Positions 29,046 to 39,636 of a stretch of 64,000 bases of DNA are shown here, piece by piece; within the stretch, counting starts at the first letter, position 1, and each line of letters begins with the position of its first letter. This DNA is from Thermoanaerobaculia bacterium (GTDB lineage Bacteria; Acidobacteriota; Thermoanaerobaculia; Multivoradales; Multivoraceae), in NCBI GenBank assembly GCA_963664405.1, contig OY761158.1:1888001-1952000 (forward strand), written 5' to 3'. The position numbers and the translations under genes were made by a program. The notes below the pieces were generated by a model that was not told the DNA's origin, did not search any database, and worked only from the letters and a program-made list of their open reading frames with translations.

Positions 29046-31067
29046 ATGCCACTTTCAATCGCCAGATCACCAGGAGGCCCCTCGCTCCTGGCGGGCTCTC
29101 TATTCCTCTGCCTCTTCGGAGCCGGCCTTCACGCCCAGAGCAGGGAGGGAGCGAGCTCGAATGAAAGCCTCATCGAATGGAAGCACTACGCTGCCGACAG
29201 AGCCAGTAGCAAGTACTCGCCTGCCGCTCAGATCGACGCCGACAATGTCGACCAACTGGAAGTCGTCTGGCGCTGGAGCACCCCGGACGGCAAGGTCGAG
29301 ACGCAGGCCCGCGCGGGCAACCTGAAGGGCACTCCATTGATGGTGAATGGAGTGCTTTACGCGGTCTCGGCGCTCAACCTGGTGAGCGCCCTCGACGCCA
29401 CCACCGGCAAGGAGCTGTGGACCTACGACCCGAAGGCGTACGAGCTGCACGAGCCCGCCCACGGAGGGCTGGCCCAGAGGGGCATCGAGTACTGGCGGGA
29501 TGGTGAGCGCGAGCGAATCCTGCTGGTGACCAGCGTGCACCAGCTGGTGTCGATCGATGCTGTGACCGGCCTCCCGGACCGCCACTTCGGCGAGGATGGC
29601 GTCGTCGACATGCGCAACGACGTTGCGCCGCCCGAGCAACTGCCGCTGACCGGCGTCAACTCACCCGCCATCGTCTGTGCCGACACGGTGATCATGGGCA
29701 TGACGGTCAAGGACTTCTCCATGCCCAAGGCGATGCCGGCCGGGCATATTCGCGGCTACGACGTGCGTAGTGGCAAAAAGAAGTGGGTCTTCCACACCGT
29801 GCCGCAGGCCGGCGAGCCGGGAGTCGAGACCTGGCTCGAAGAATCGTGGCGCTACTCGGGCAACACCAACGTCTGGTCGATGCTCAGCTGTGATGACGAG
29901 ACCGGCTGGGTCTACCTACCGACCGGCACCCCGACCAGCGACTATTACGGCGGACATCGCCCCGGCAACAATCTCTATGCGGAGAGTCTGATTGCCCTCG
30001 ATGCCGACACCGGTGAGCGCAAATGGCACTTTCAGGCGGTCCACCACGGTCAGTGGGATTACGACTTCCCCAGCGCGCCCAATCTGGTGGATGTCGAGAT
30101 CGGTGGCCGCATCGTCAAGGCGGTCGCACAGGTCAGCAAACAGGCCTTCACCTACGTCTTCGATCGTCGCACCGGTGAGCCGCTCTGGCCCATCGAGGAG
30201 CGCCCGGTCGAAGCAAGCACGGTACCTGGCGAGTGGTCGGCCGCGACCCAACCTTTCCCCACCAAACCACCTCCCTTCGACCGCCAGGGTGTGGCCCGAG
30301 ATGACCTCATCGATCTCACCCCCGAGCTCGAGGCGGAGGCGCTCGCGATCTTCGCCGACTTCGTGAGCGGGCCACTCTTCACTCCCACAATCGTGGCCGG
30401 GGAAGGCGGCAAGAAGGGCATGCTCCAGCTCCCCGGCCAAGCCGGCGGCGCGAACTGGAGTGGAGCCGCATTCGACCCCGAGAGCGGAGTCCTCTTCGTA
30501 CCCTCACAGACGCGCCTGGGCAGCATGAGCCTCAAGCCTCCAAGCGCGCGCCAGCCCTCGGATCGAGATTACCTGCCGGCCTTTGTGAGACCTGGGGGCC
30601 CCCAGGGACTGCCCCTGATCAAGCCACCCTGGTCCCGTGTCACGGCCATCGACCTGAGCCAGGGAGAGATCCTCTGGCAGGTACCCCTCGGAGACGGCCC
30701 ACGAGATCATCCCGCCCTGGAAGGGCTCGATCTTCCCCGGCTGGGCACGGTGCGCAACGCGAGTCTTGCCCCGGGGTGGCCAATGGTGACCAAGACACTG
30801 CTCTTCGTGCTTCAGGCCATCTCCAACGAAGCGGCAGACGGTCAGACCAGTCTGGGTGGCGTGGGCGGCGCAGCCTTCGGGATCCTGCGCGCCTACGACA
30901 AGGCGACCGGAGAGTTGGTGGCCGAGAGCGAGATCGACAGGGCGCCGGGCGGAGCACCGATGACCTACGTCGTCGACGGCAGGCAGTTCATCGTGGTCCC
31001 CGTCGGGTCGCGCGGAGAGGAGCAGGAGCTCGTCGCCCTCGCGGCCCGCCTCGAGACGGGCCCCTGA
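29046..31067 (+). CDS. PQQ-dependent dehydrogenase (glucose/quinate/shikimate-like)
   Basis: TPLMVNGVLY, ALDATTGKELW repeats, WHFQAVHHGQWDYD, GGANWSG and PMTY motifs. Confidence 0.9.
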   Translation: MPLSIARSPGGPSLLAGSLFLCLFGAGLHAQSREGASSNESLIEWKHYAADRASSKYSPAAQIDADNVDQLEVVWRWSTPDGKVETQARAGNLKGTPLMVNGVLYAVSALNLVSALDATTGKELWTYDPKAYELHEPAHGGLAQRGIEYWRDGERERILLVTSVHQLVSIDAVTGLPDRHFGEDGVVDMRNDVAPPEQLPLTGVNSPAIVCADTVIMGMTVKDFSMPKAMPAGHIRGYDVRSGKKKWVFHTVPQAGEPGVETWLEESWRYSGNTNVWSMLSCDDETGWVYLPTGTPTSDYYGGHRPGNNLYAESLIALDADTGERKWHFQAVHHGQWDYDFPSAPNLVDVEIGGRIVKAVAQVSKQAFTYVFDRRTGEPLWPIEERPVEASTVPGEWSAATQPFPTKPPPFDRQGVARDDLIDLTPELEAEALAIFADFVSGPLFTPTIVAGEGGKKGMLQLPGQAGGANWSGAAFDPESGVLFVPSQTRLGSMSLKPPSARQPSDRDYLPAFVRPGGPQGLPLIKPPWSRVTAIDLSQGEILWQVPLGDGPRDHPALEGLDLPRLGTVRNASLAPGWPMVTKTLLFVLQAISNEAADGQTSLGGVGGAAFGILRAYDKATGELVAESEIDRAPGGAPMTYVVDGRQFIVVPVGSRGEEQELVALAARLETGP

Positions 31068-31068
31068 A

Positions 31069-32775
31069 TCAGTAGCCGGCCGCGTTGCCGTCTTTCCGCG
31101 ACTCGGAGGCGCCGTAGTAAACGCCGTTCTCGGCGTCGTACAGAATGGCCTGATAACCGCCGTAGGGGCCCGACTCGAAGCCGACCCGGTGACCCCTGCT
31201 GGCGAGATCTCGAATCGACTCGTAGGGGAAACCGGTCTCGAGAGAGACCCGTCCACCGTCGACCATCCGCTCGCCGGTCGGCTGCGAGGAGCCGCTGTGG
31301 AGGATCCGTGGCGCGTCACCCGCCTCTTGGAGGTTCATCCCGAAGTCCACCATGTTGATGATGATCTGCGCGTGGGCCTGAGGCTGCGTCGCCCCGCCCA
31401 TGACCCCAAAGCTCATGAAGGGCTTTCCCTCACGAGTGACGAAGGCTGGGATGATGGTGTGGAAGGGGCGCTTGTGCGGCTCGTAGGTGTTGAAGCGACC
31501 TTCGGTGAGGTCGAAGAGCTCGCCCCGGTCCTGCAGCACGAAGCCCAGGCCATCCGGTGTCATTCCTGAGCCCATGCCGCGATAGTTGCTCTGAATCAGC
31601 GAGACCATCATGCCGTCGCTGTCGGCGGTGGTCAGGTAGATGGTGTCGCCCTGGTTCGGGATCGGATCACCAGATCCGACCTCCCGGGCTGCCCTGGCCG
31701 GATCGAGGGAAGCGCGACGCTCACCCGCGTACTCCTTGGAGATCAAGGTCTCGACCGGGATCTCGTTGAACTCCGGGTCAGCGTAAAAGCGCGCCCGATC
31801 TTCGAAGGCCAGCTTCTTGGCCTCGACGAAGTGGTGAATGTGATCGGCGCTGCCGAAGCCCATCGCCGCGAGATCGAAGGCCTCGAGGATATTGAGAATC
31901 TGCAGAGCCGCGATGCCCTGCCCGCTCGGCGGTAGCTCCCAGACCTCCCAGCCGCGGTAGCTGGAAGAGACCGGCTCGACCCAGTCAGAGCTGTGCGCGG
32001 CGAGATCCCGCTCACTCAGAAAGCCACCTTGGCGTTTCATGTAGGCGGCGATGGTGCGAGCGATGTCTCCCTTGTAGAAGGCGTCGCGCCCCCCTTTGGC
32101 AATCGCCTCGAGCGTCTTGGCCAGAGCCGGGTTGCGGAAGATCTCTCCCTTCTTCGGAGCCCGCCCACCGGGCATGAAGATCTCGGCGAAACCGTCATAC
32201 TTCTGAAGCGATCTGGCGTTCGATGCCCAAGCGTGGGCGATCACCTCGGACACCGGAAAGCCTTCGCTGGCATAGCAGATGGCGGGCGCCAGGTTCTCCT
32301 CCATCGACAGCCGACCGAAGCGACCGTGGAGCTCGAACCATCCGTCCACCGCCCCCGGCACCGAGACCGGCAGTGGGCCTTGGGAGGGAATCTTGGTGAG
32401 CTTGCGGCGATGAAGCTCCTCCAGGGTCAGATCGAAGGGCGAGCGCCCGCTGGCGTTGAGGCCGTGCAATTTGCCGCTCACGGGGTCCCAGACGATGGCG
32501 AAGAGATCTCCGCCGAGGCCGCTGCCGGTGGGCTCCATCAGACCGATGGCCGCATTGGCGGCGATCGCCGCATCGACGGCGCTGCCGCCCTTCTGGAGAA
32601 TGTCGACAGCCACCTGCGTCGCCAAGGGCTGGCTGGTTGCCGCCATGCCATGGCGGGCGATCACTTCGGAGCGCGTGGCGAAGCTGCGACCAATGACCCG
32701 ATCGGCCGCCAGCGCGGTGGTGGCCAAGGTGAGCATGGTCAAGGAAGTCATGGCTAATCCAAGCGTCTTTCTCAT
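31069..32775 (-). CDS. ggt: Gamma-glutamyltransferase
   Basis: GGSAVDAAIA, GLGGDLF, autoprocessing Thr in DTIY, KRPFHTIIP and GVMGG motifs. Confidence 0.93.
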   Translation of the reverse strand: MRKTLGLAMTSLTMLTLATTALAADRVIGRSFATRSEVIARHGMAATSQPLATQVAVDILQKGGSAVDAAIAANAAIGLMEPTGSGLGGDLFAIVWDPVSGKLHGLNASGRSPFDLTLEELHRRKLTKIPSQGPLPVSVPGAVDGWFELHGRFGRLSMEENLAPAICYASEGFPVSEVIAHAWASNARSLQKYDGFAEIFMPGGRAPKKGEIFRNPALAKTLEAIAKGGRDAFYKGDIARTIAAYMKRQGGFLSERDLAAHSSDWVEPVSSSYRGWEVWELPPSGQGIAALQILNILEAFDLAAMGFGSADHIHHFVEAKKLAFEDRARFYADPEFNEIPVETLISKEYAGERRASLDPARAAREVGSGDPIPNQGDTIYLTTADSDGMMVSLIQSNYRGMGSGMTPDGLGFVLQDRGELFDLTEGRFNTYEPHKRPFHTIIPAFVTREGKPFMSFGVMGGATQPQAHAQIIINMVDFGMNLQEAGDAPRILHSGSSQPTGERMVDGGRVSLETGFPYESIRDLASRGHRVGFESGPYGGYQAILYDAENGVYYGASESRKDGNAAGY

Positions 32776-32908
32776 CGTGACACTACCTCCCACTCGGCAA
32801 TTCACAAAGGGACTAAGAGGAGTCTACGATGCCGGCAGCGTGGAAGACGCCCCGAGCGAGCTATGATGCTTCTCACCGAGCACATTTCAACCAACGAAGG
32901 AGATCCCA

Positions 32909-33122
32909 ATGCCGATCACCGGGCTGTACGCGGGCGCTCGCGTGCGCCGCTCCACGGCTTATCCATGGCCTGGGTCTCACTCTGCTCATCGCGCGCATCC
33001 TCCACCCTCTCGGGCTCGAGCCACCTGGCGGCGCCAACCCGGTTCGCGTCGTTGGAGCTCTGGGGACCTGGATCGTCCTCGCCATTGGCGGGCTGAGAGC
33101 GATCCTGAGATTCTTCGGCTGA
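32909..33122 (+). pseudogene. MAPEG-family (YecN-like) remnant with an internal deletion and frameshift
   Basis: GAAGGAG RBS and MPITGLYAG start. A different frame gives IHGLGLTLLIARILHPLGL...RVVGALGTW. The central helix carrying the N-x-x-E motif is missing. Confidence 0.65.
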
Positions 33123-33125
33123 CAC

Positions 33126-33968
33126 GTGACCGGTAGCCGCGCGCATCTGATCACCGGTGGCTTTCCGGCTGGGACCAGCGCCGGTCACGATATGGCTTAC
33201 GCCCGCCTCCGGCTTCTCGAGATCCTCTATCAGGACTCTCGATGGTCGACCACGGTAGCGAACGACTTCAGCGACATCGAGCGCTGGCTCGACCGGACCG
33301 ATCTGCTTATCACCTACGTTGCCGGCCCGTACCCGGATGAGACACAGAACGATCAGATCCGCAGCTGGATCGGAGGGGGAGGCCGTTGGCTCGGGCTGCA
33401 CGGGACCAGCGGTGGCAGAGCGGCTCGGATCGAGGGCGATGGGCGACGCCGGACGATGGTCAAGACCGCGCACCACCAGACCCTGGGCTGCTTCTTTCTC
33501 AACCACCCGCCGTTGCGCAGGTTTCGGGTCGAGGTCTGCGACCGGGCCCATCCGCTCACCCGCGGACTCCCTGCCAGCTTCGAGGTCACAGACGAGCTCT
33601 ATCTGGTAGAGCTTCAAGACCCCGCATCGTGCGAGATTCTGTTGACGACCGAGCTGCCCGAAGATCCGTCACCGCCCGGCTTCGGATTCGAGTACGAGCA
33701 AGACACGGCCTTGCAGCCCGACGGCAAGACACGAGTGCTCGGATACACGAGAGCCCTGGGCAATGGTGGTGTGGCGTATATCGCCCTCGGACACTGCCAC
33801 TCTCCGCGCACCAACCTACAACCCCTCGTCGAGGAGAGCGCCGCCGCCGGAGGAGAGGTGCCGCGGCTCTTTCACGGGCCCTGGGAGAACGAGACCTTTG
33901 GGCTTCTGTTACGCAACAGCCTCGAGTGGGGGGCCGGGGCGGACCCAGCGGGAACGGCACTGCCGTAA
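33126..33968 (+). CDS. ThuA-like domain protein
   Basis: GGRWLGLHGT, HPLTRGLPASFEVTDELY and GGVAYIALGH motifs. Confidence 0.85.
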   Translation: MTGSRAHLITGGFPAGTSAGHDMAYARLRLLEILYQDSRWSTTVANDFSDIERWLDRTDLLITYVAGPYPDETQNDQIRSWIGGGGRWLGLHGTSGGRAARIEGDGRRRTMVKTAHHQTLGCFFLNHPPLRRFRVEVCDRAHPLTRGLPASFEVTDELYLVELQDPASCEILLTTELPEDPSPPGFGFEYEQDTALQPDGKTRVLGYTRALGNGGVAYIALGHCHSPRTNLQPLVEESAAAGGEVPRLFHGPWENETFGLLLRNSLEWGAGADPAGTALP

Positions 33969-34047
33969 CAGACCGCGAGCGGACCCGAGATGAGATGGGG
34001 TAGAGAGCCTAAGCTGCGTTCACCGACACAAAACGAAAGGGAGAAAG

Positions 34048-34368
34048 ATGTTCTACGAGTTGAGGCAGTACAAGATCTTCGAAGGCAAGATGGACGAGTG
34101 GGTCGAGTTCATGGAAGGCACGATCATCCCCTTCCAAGTCGGGAAGGGAATGGTGATCGCCGGTAGCTTTCGTGGCGAGGAGGACGAGACGGTCTACATC
34201 TGGATCCGAAGATTCGAATCCGAAGAACACAAGGCAGCGCTCTACAAGGCGGTCTATGAGAGCAGTGAGTGGACCCAAAATATCGCGCCGAGGGTCGCCG
34301 AGCTGATGGATCGCCCGGCGATCAACGTCCAGCGCATCGTGCCGACATCGCGCTCGGTCCTCCAGTAG
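34048..34368 (+). CDS. NIPSNAP-family protein
   Basis: MFYELRQYKIFEGKMDEW...YIWIRRFESE; strong RBS. Confidence 0.85.
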   Translation: MFYELRQYKIFEGKMDEWVEFMEGTIIPFQVGKGMVIAGSFRGEEDETVYIWIRRFESEEHKAALYKAVYESSEWTQNIAPRVAELMDRPAINVQRIVPTSRSVLQ

Positions 34369-34445
34369 CCGGCCGTCCAGGGCACCCCACCTCGCCGCGA
34401 GCTGATCGCACCTGAGAGCGCGGTCGTCCCTCGGCTCGACGTAGT

Positions 34446-34609
34446 GCCTCCGGAAATGATGGGCTCATTTCCGGAGGCTAGGAGCGTGTCCGAGTATACG
34501 GCCAGAGCCGTCACCCGGAGCGAATAGGAAGCAACGCCTGAGTGCGCCGTCCTCGGCGCCAAAGGGCAACTAGGCGGAGGAAATGATACCGATCATTTCT
34601 GGAGCCTAG
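34446..34609 (+). repeat. Family A element (132 bp, 34478..34609) preceded by an extra hairpin unit
   Basis: Colinear with the reverse complement of 22330..22461. A GCCTCCGGAAATGA-TGGGC-TCATTTCCGGAGGC hairpin lies at 34446..34478. Confidence 0.85.
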
Positions 34610-34630
34610 AAAAAATCGCGCGACGGCACG

Positions 34631-35179
34631 TCACGAGGCTGTTCGTGGAGCCTCGATGTCGATCGACATGATCTGTTGCAGCGGGATGTGACGAGTCTCG
34701 CCGGACATCTCGAAGTGAACCGTCGTTTCGTCTCCACTGACGAACTTTCCCTCGAGTACATCCCCGTTCAATAGACGGATCACATCGACAAGAGGTTGCT
34801 CGAGCGGCGACTCCACTACCAGGTAGGAGCCGGAAGCCTGCTCGTATCGGTAGTAGGTTCCGTAGTAGTAGCAATAGGTGCTTCCGCCGACGAATACGGG
34901 GGTTTGACCGTGAGGTAGCACTCCGACCCTTGCACCGGGCGGCGCCGGGACGACGTCGAAGCCGGACTCTCCCGCGCGATAAAAGACTCCCGCGTGAAAG
35001 TAGTAGGCAACGCCTCCCACGACCAAGGGCTGGTGGCCCGCCGGTAGGTCGGCGACCGAGACCGCTGCCGGGTAGCTTGCCGGCTCGGTCTGATCCGAGC
35101 GCTCGTCATGAGCCTGGGCAGAGGTATTGAAAACAACGCTAGACAGAATGACAACGGCAATACTGAACTTGATAGTCAT
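34631..35179 (-). CDS. Secreted DUF6515-like protein
   Basis: Signal peptide; two repeats of LP.G...V.VGG..YYY..G..YR....(F/Y).VV..P. Confidence 0.65.
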   Translation of the reverse strand: MTIKFSIAVVILSSVVFNTSAQAHDERSDQTEPASYPAAVSVADLPAGHQPLVVGGVAYYFHAGVFYRAGESGFDVVPAPPGARVGVLPHGQTPVFVGGSTYCYYYGTYYRYEQASGSYLVVESPLEQPLVDVIRLLNGDVLEGKFVSGDETTVHFEMSGETRHIPLQQIMSIDIEAPRTAS

Positions 35180-35292
35180 GTTGATCTCCTTTGGCTCGGG
35201 CCGCATGGCCCGTTATGCCACCCATTCTCGCGGGCCCCCCGCCTAGAGTCATCAAGGAGACGCAAAGAGACTGTTCAGGATGTAAAACCGTT

Positions 35293-36330
35293 CTAGAAGA
35301 TCGCAAGCGGGTTCAGCGGCGAGCCCGTTCCACCCTGGACCCGCAACGGGCTGCCGACAAAGAGGAACTCCCATCGATCTCTCTCCCGCGCCGCGGCAGC
35401 GACTGCATCGAGATCGAGGTTGTCCAAGATGCGCATACCGAGCCCGACCAGAACGAGCTCGTGGAGTGGGTTTGCCAACCCTTCGACCCCCGAGGGCATC
35501 ACATCGCTGACTCCGTCGCTGCCGATCACAGCTACATCCCGCGCCTTCAGCCACTTGGCGATCGAGGCATGTGACCCCGCCGCCTTCTCGAGGAAGTTCC
35601 ACTGGCCTTTCTCCCGGACTCGCTGCCAGCGCCCCGTCCTGATGAGAAGAACGTCGCCGCTGGTGACCCGAACTCCGGTCTTCTTCTCCCAAGCCTCCAG
35701 GTCTGCGATCGTGATCGCGGTACCAGGCTCCAGAGAATCGACACCTTTGAACCAGGGCATGTCGACCAGCACTCCTCGAGTGACGATGCCGTCGCGGACA
35801 TTGTGAATGCCGAGCTGCTCGGCGCCGCCTTCCTTCAACTGATCGACCGAGACGCCGTTGTACATCTTGCCGTTGTGGGCAAAGTGCGCCAGACCGTCGA
35901 GATGGGAATGGGCGAAGCCGTGGTACTGAATGCTGTATCTGTCTCCGGCAACTTCGTGGCCGCTGAAGGTCGAGACCTCCAAGGTGTGCTCGAAGGGAAA
36001 CTGATTGAGCTCGTCGCCCTTCTTGTTCAAGTCAAGCGCCATCGACACCGACACACCGTCACGCACTAGCCGCGCCGCCGCCTTTCGCTTTTCGTCAGTA
36101 ATCAGGTTGAGCGTACCGAGCTCGTCGTCCGCGCCCCAACGTCCCCAGTTCGAGATCTCGGTCATCCAACGGTCGAACTCCGCCTTGCTGACCGGCGCCG
36201 GCTCCGCAGCGGCTGCACCCGACGTGAGCGAAAGAGAGAGGAGCACCAGACCCAGGAGCCAGGTCGTCTGCCAGCTCGAGTGAAAGAGTCTCCGCCCTGC
36301 CCGCTCTGTGTGCCTATCGCTGCTCTTCAT
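35293..36330 (-). CDS. Cyclase-family (kynurenine formamidase-like) metal hydrolase
   Basis: NWGRWGADDELGTLN, HGFAHSHLDGLAH, GDVLLIRTG and GGTGSPLNP motifs. Confidence 0.9.
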   Translation of the reverse strand: MKSSDRHTERAGRRLFHSSWQTTWLLGLVLLSLSLTSGAAAAEPAPVSKAEFDRWMTEISNWGRWGADDELGTLNLITDEKRKAAARLVRDGVSVSMALDLNKKGDELNQFPFEHTLEVSTFSGHEVAGDRYSIQYHGFAHSHLDGLAHFAHNGKMYNGVSVDQLKEGGAEQLGIHNVRDGIVTRGVLVDMPWFKGVDSLEPGTAITIADLEAWEKKTGVRVTSGDVLLIRTGRWQRVREKGQWNFLEKAAGSHASIAKWLKARDVAVIGSDGVSDVMPSGVEGLANPLHELVLVGLGMRILDNLDLDAVAAAARERDRWEFLFVGSPLRVQGGTGSPLNPLAIF

Positions 36331-36434
36331 TCGTGGTACTCCAGTCAGTTGCGCGGACGGGTGATCTGCGGCGTGCCGTTCTGTCTGTCTCGCGGGGGTC
36401 GTCACGCCAATAGTGACACGGCGTGAGCGCCACG

Positions 36435-38441
36435 TCACGGCGCTAGGGCCGCCATGACCGGCAGCTCCACGTACGAAGCTCGCTCCCCTCCTCGCAGCAC
36501 CCGGATCGTGGGCGCATCCTCGCCCTCTGGATCGGGGTGGAAAGCAAAGTTCGCCGAGTCGGCTCCAGTCAGCGTGACCCGAATACGGTGGCCGGCGTCG
36601 ATCACGATCGCCGTACCCATCAGATCGAAGCTGAGCTCGGTCGGCTCGCCGGGCACCATCGCTGCCAAATCCTCGGGGAAGGAGCGGTGGTAGGGCAAGC
36701 CAAAATTGTCGAAGGGCGCTTCGCTTGTCTTACGATGCGACGCCCGCAGTGCTCCCTCCGACACGTAGTGGGATCGGCCCTCGAGGTCGATCTCTTCGAC
36801 ATAGACAAAAAAGTCGCCGTCGGAGTGTGTCGAGGTCACCCATAGGTGCGCCGTCGGATAGCCGCTGAGGGTGAGCTCCTCGGTCATCGGCTCGGTGGTG
36901 TAGGTCAAGGCCTTCTCGTTCTCGCTGGTGCGCTCGTCGAAGTAGGTCGAGCCGGGCGGAGACTCTCGGCGGGCGCCGTGTCCATTCATCCAGCGCGAGA
37001 ATGATCCCATGCGCGATGAATAGTCGACGGAGTAGGCGTCCGCCCCGGCATCGCCGGGACTACCCGCCATCTGCAGGAGCCCGTCATTCACAGAGCCAAC
37101 GGTCCTCGAGGTCCCGCCGCCAAGCCAGAATCTCCGCATCTGCGCGGCGGGCGGCCAAGCTGAAGCCGCGATCCACGCTTCCCCGTCCTCAGCTCCGGCC
37201 TCGTCCAGCGTCGGCATCACCTCCACTGCGTCCTCTCCCCCGCCCACAGCGGCCGCCTCGCTCGTCGAGGAGCTCGCCGGCACGGTGTGATTTCCCTTCA
37301 TCAAGTAGTAGTGGATGGGCTCTTCCTCCATCACGCCGTTGTCGATCTCCTTCAGCCAGTAGTCGTACCAGCGCAGGATCTCCGCGCGATGCACCTTGCC
37401 CCCATACCCGCCCGAGTGCGTCCATGGGCCGATCATCATCTTTTGAGGCGACGCGCCCTCGAGGGCGGCGTACATCCACGGTTGCTGCGTCGTATAGATG
37501 TCGTACCAGCCCACCAGGTGATAGATGCCGATACCGGACTCGGCAATCGCATCGGCGTCGTCAAGGGTCGCAATCACATCCCACGACCAGTGGCCGCCGT
37601 TATCGAGATCGACCGCGAAGTCGCGGAAGCTCGAGTCGAGCTTGACCAGGTCCTGCACCCACAGATTCTCGGCGTGTTCGGCGATTGCATCATCCCGCGA
37701 CACCCCCTCGACATCGGTATCGACACGAGCGGGGACCCCGGCCTGCCCCAGGTCCTGGGCCTTGGTCCCCTCTCCCCACACCTCTACGAATTGCTTTTTG
37801 TACGTGCCACCGCGAAATGGAAAATCGTAGGCCGACGGCCCCGCCATCTCGGCGAAGATCGCCTTCAACGCCGGAGGTGCTTGGGTCGCCGCCTGGTACT
37901 GGGTCATTCCAGGGTAGGACCGTCCCGACATGCCGACCTTGCCGTTCGACCACCGCTGCGACGCGAGCCATTCGATGATCGCACTCGAATCCGCGGTCTC
38001 CTCCACCGAGAAGGCGCCGTTGTGCACCCCGTAGGACGCCCCGGTTCCTCGAGCGTCAGCAACCGCCACGGCGTAGCCGTGCTTCAGGAGATGCTGCAGC
38101 ACCAGGTCACGGTCTCGCCCCCGCACCTGGCCCTTCTCCTCGACGGCACGGATGTAGCGGGTGTAATGGAGCACTACCGGCACTGGGGCCTCCGCCTCGA
38201 CGCCGTCGCGAGTGGGCAGGAAGACGTCAACGGCGAGCCGGGTGCCGTCCTTCGCCGGAATGTACTGCGAGTACCGATTCCAACCATCGAAGGTTGCGGC
38301 GGAGGGGTTAGTGTAGGTGCCGAACTCAGACACCACCTCAGGCGGTGCCGAGGCGGGGTCGCTAGCGGGCGCACACGCCAGAAAGGCGAGTCCTCCGACC
38401 AAAAGAGCCCAACCTGAAAATCGATCACTGATCCTGCTCAT
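36435..38441 (-). CDS. CocE/NonD-family hydrolase, probable lipoprotein
   Basis: LAC lipobox; DGTRLAVD, DARGTGASYG, GRSYPG nucleophile and GPWTH motifs. Confidence 0.9.
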   Translation of the reverse strand: MSRISDRFSGWALLVGGLAFLACAPASDPASAPPEVVSEFGTYTNPSAATFDGWNRYSQYIPAKDGTRLAVDVFLPTRDGVEAEAPVPVVLHYTRYIRAVEEKGQVRGRDRDLVLQHLLKHGYAVAVADARGTGASYGVHNGAFSVEETADSSAIIEWLASQRWSNGKVGMSGRSYPGMTQYQAATQAPPALKAIFAEMAGPSAYDFPFRGGTYKKQFVEVWGEGTKAQDLGQAGVPARVDTDVEGVSRDDAIAEHAENLWVQDLVKLDSSFRDFAVDLDNGGHWSWDVIATLDDADAIAESGIGIYHLVGWYDIYTTQQPWMYAALEGASPQKMMIGPWTHSGGYGGKVHRAEILRWYDYWLKEIDNGVMEEEPIHYYLMKGNHTVPASSSTSEAAAVGGGEDAVEVMPTLDEAGAEDGEAWIAASAWPPAAQMRRFWLGGGTSRTVGSVNDGLLQMAGSPGDAGADAYSVDYSSRMGSFSRWMNGHGARRESPPGSTYFDERTSENEKALTYTTEPMTEELTLSGYPTAHLWVTSTHSDGDFFVYVEEIDLEGRSHYVSEGALRASHRKTSEAPFDNFGLPYHRSFPEDLAAMVPGEPTELSFDLMGTAIVIDAGHRIRVTLTGADSANFAFHPDPEGEDAPTIRVLRGGERASYVELPVMAALAP

Positions 38442-38531
38442 ACGAGTACCCTCCTCATCGCCTCCGAACCAGAAACATCGACACCGGGCGAGGGCTCTGA
38501 TCGCGGAGTGCGTCTAAGATCACACTACATT

Positions 38532-39524
38532 ATGCGCCAACGTGTAATCCCGTGCGTTCTGGCGCTGGCCGTCGTGATCTTGCTGCCGACGTGGCTTTGC
38601 GCTGACAGTTCGACCTCCCGCTCCGGAAGACTGGACGGGGTTTACGAGCCGTCTGGCGTCGCTCAGCTCAGCGACGGCTCGCTTATCGTTGTCGAAGACG
38701 AGCCTACCCGCCCGTTCTGGCGACTGAGCCCCGAGGCTGAGACCGCCGGCTTCGAGACCGAGCTCCTCAAGCCGGGATCGCCGCAGGTGGCCCTCTCAGC
38801 CCAGATCAATGACCTCGAAGGTATCACTGCCGCCGACGCCGGATCTCTCTATGCGATCACTTCTCACTCGCGCCAGAAGGACGGCAAGAGAGATCCGGCG
38901 AGGGAGAAGCTGGTACGGCTCGAGGTGAAGGGTGACCGAATAGAGCGTCTGAGCACGCGAGTCGATCTCCGTGACAGCCTGGTTCGAGCCTTTCCCAGGC
39001 TCGAGAGGTCGATGGAGGAGAGAAAGGTCAAGCGCAAGGGAGGTTTCAATATCGAGGGACTCGCCTTCGATCCGCCGCGAGGGAGTCTGTGGATCGGCTT
39101 CCGGGCTCCCCTCTTCGATAACGACGCCCTGCTGATCGAAGTGACCAATCCGCAGGGCGCCTTCGAAGACGAAGAAGAGTTCGACTTCGCCGACGACCCG
39201 GTGCTTCTCGATCTCGACGGCGGCGGCATCCGCGACATTGCCTTTTCATCCCGCCTCGAGGGCTATCTGATTCTCAGCCAACGCGAGGGAAAGAAAGAGA
39301 AGCACTTCAAACTCTGGCTCTGGGACGGCGCCCCCTTCTCTTCACCGAGGAGAGTACGCATCGAAGGAGTCGACCACTTCGACCGGGCTGAAGGAATAAC
39401 CCCGGTGAACCTCGACGGAGAGGAGAGGCTCCTACTGGTCAAAGACGACGGCAACCCGGGACAGCAAGAAGGAGCCACGTACCTTCTCATCGACTTCGCT
39501 GATCTCCGAATCAAGAGAGAGTAG
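38532..39524 (+). CDS. Secreted DUF3616-like beta-propeller protein
   Basis: YEPSG, DLEG, YAITSHSR, NIEGLA, IGFRAP and LDLDGGGIRDI motifs. Confidence 0.7.
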   Translation: MRQRVIPCVLALAVVILLPTWLCADSSTSRSGRLDGVYEPSGVAQLSDGSLIVVEDEPTRPFWRLSPEAETAGFETELLKPGSPQVALSAQINDLEGITAADAGSLYAITSHSRQKDGKRDPAREKLVRLEVKGDRIERLSTRVDLRDSLVRAFPRLERSMEERKVKRKGGFNIEGLAFDPPRGSLWIGFRAPLFDNDALLIEVTNPQGAFEDEEEFDFADDPVLLDLDGGGIRDIAFSSRLEGYLILSQREGKKEKHFKLWLWDGAPFSSPRRVRIEGVDHFDRAEGITPVNLDGEERLLLVKDDGNPGQQEGATYLLIDFADLRIKRE

Positions 39525-39636
39525 CGAGCCGCAACGAAGGCTGGCTGCCCCTCCGGGCCCGTCCGCCCATGTTACGGTGCGATCGTCACCGCAAACCGGA
39601 AAAAGACGCACTAGCCTCGGAAGGACCACCGACCCA

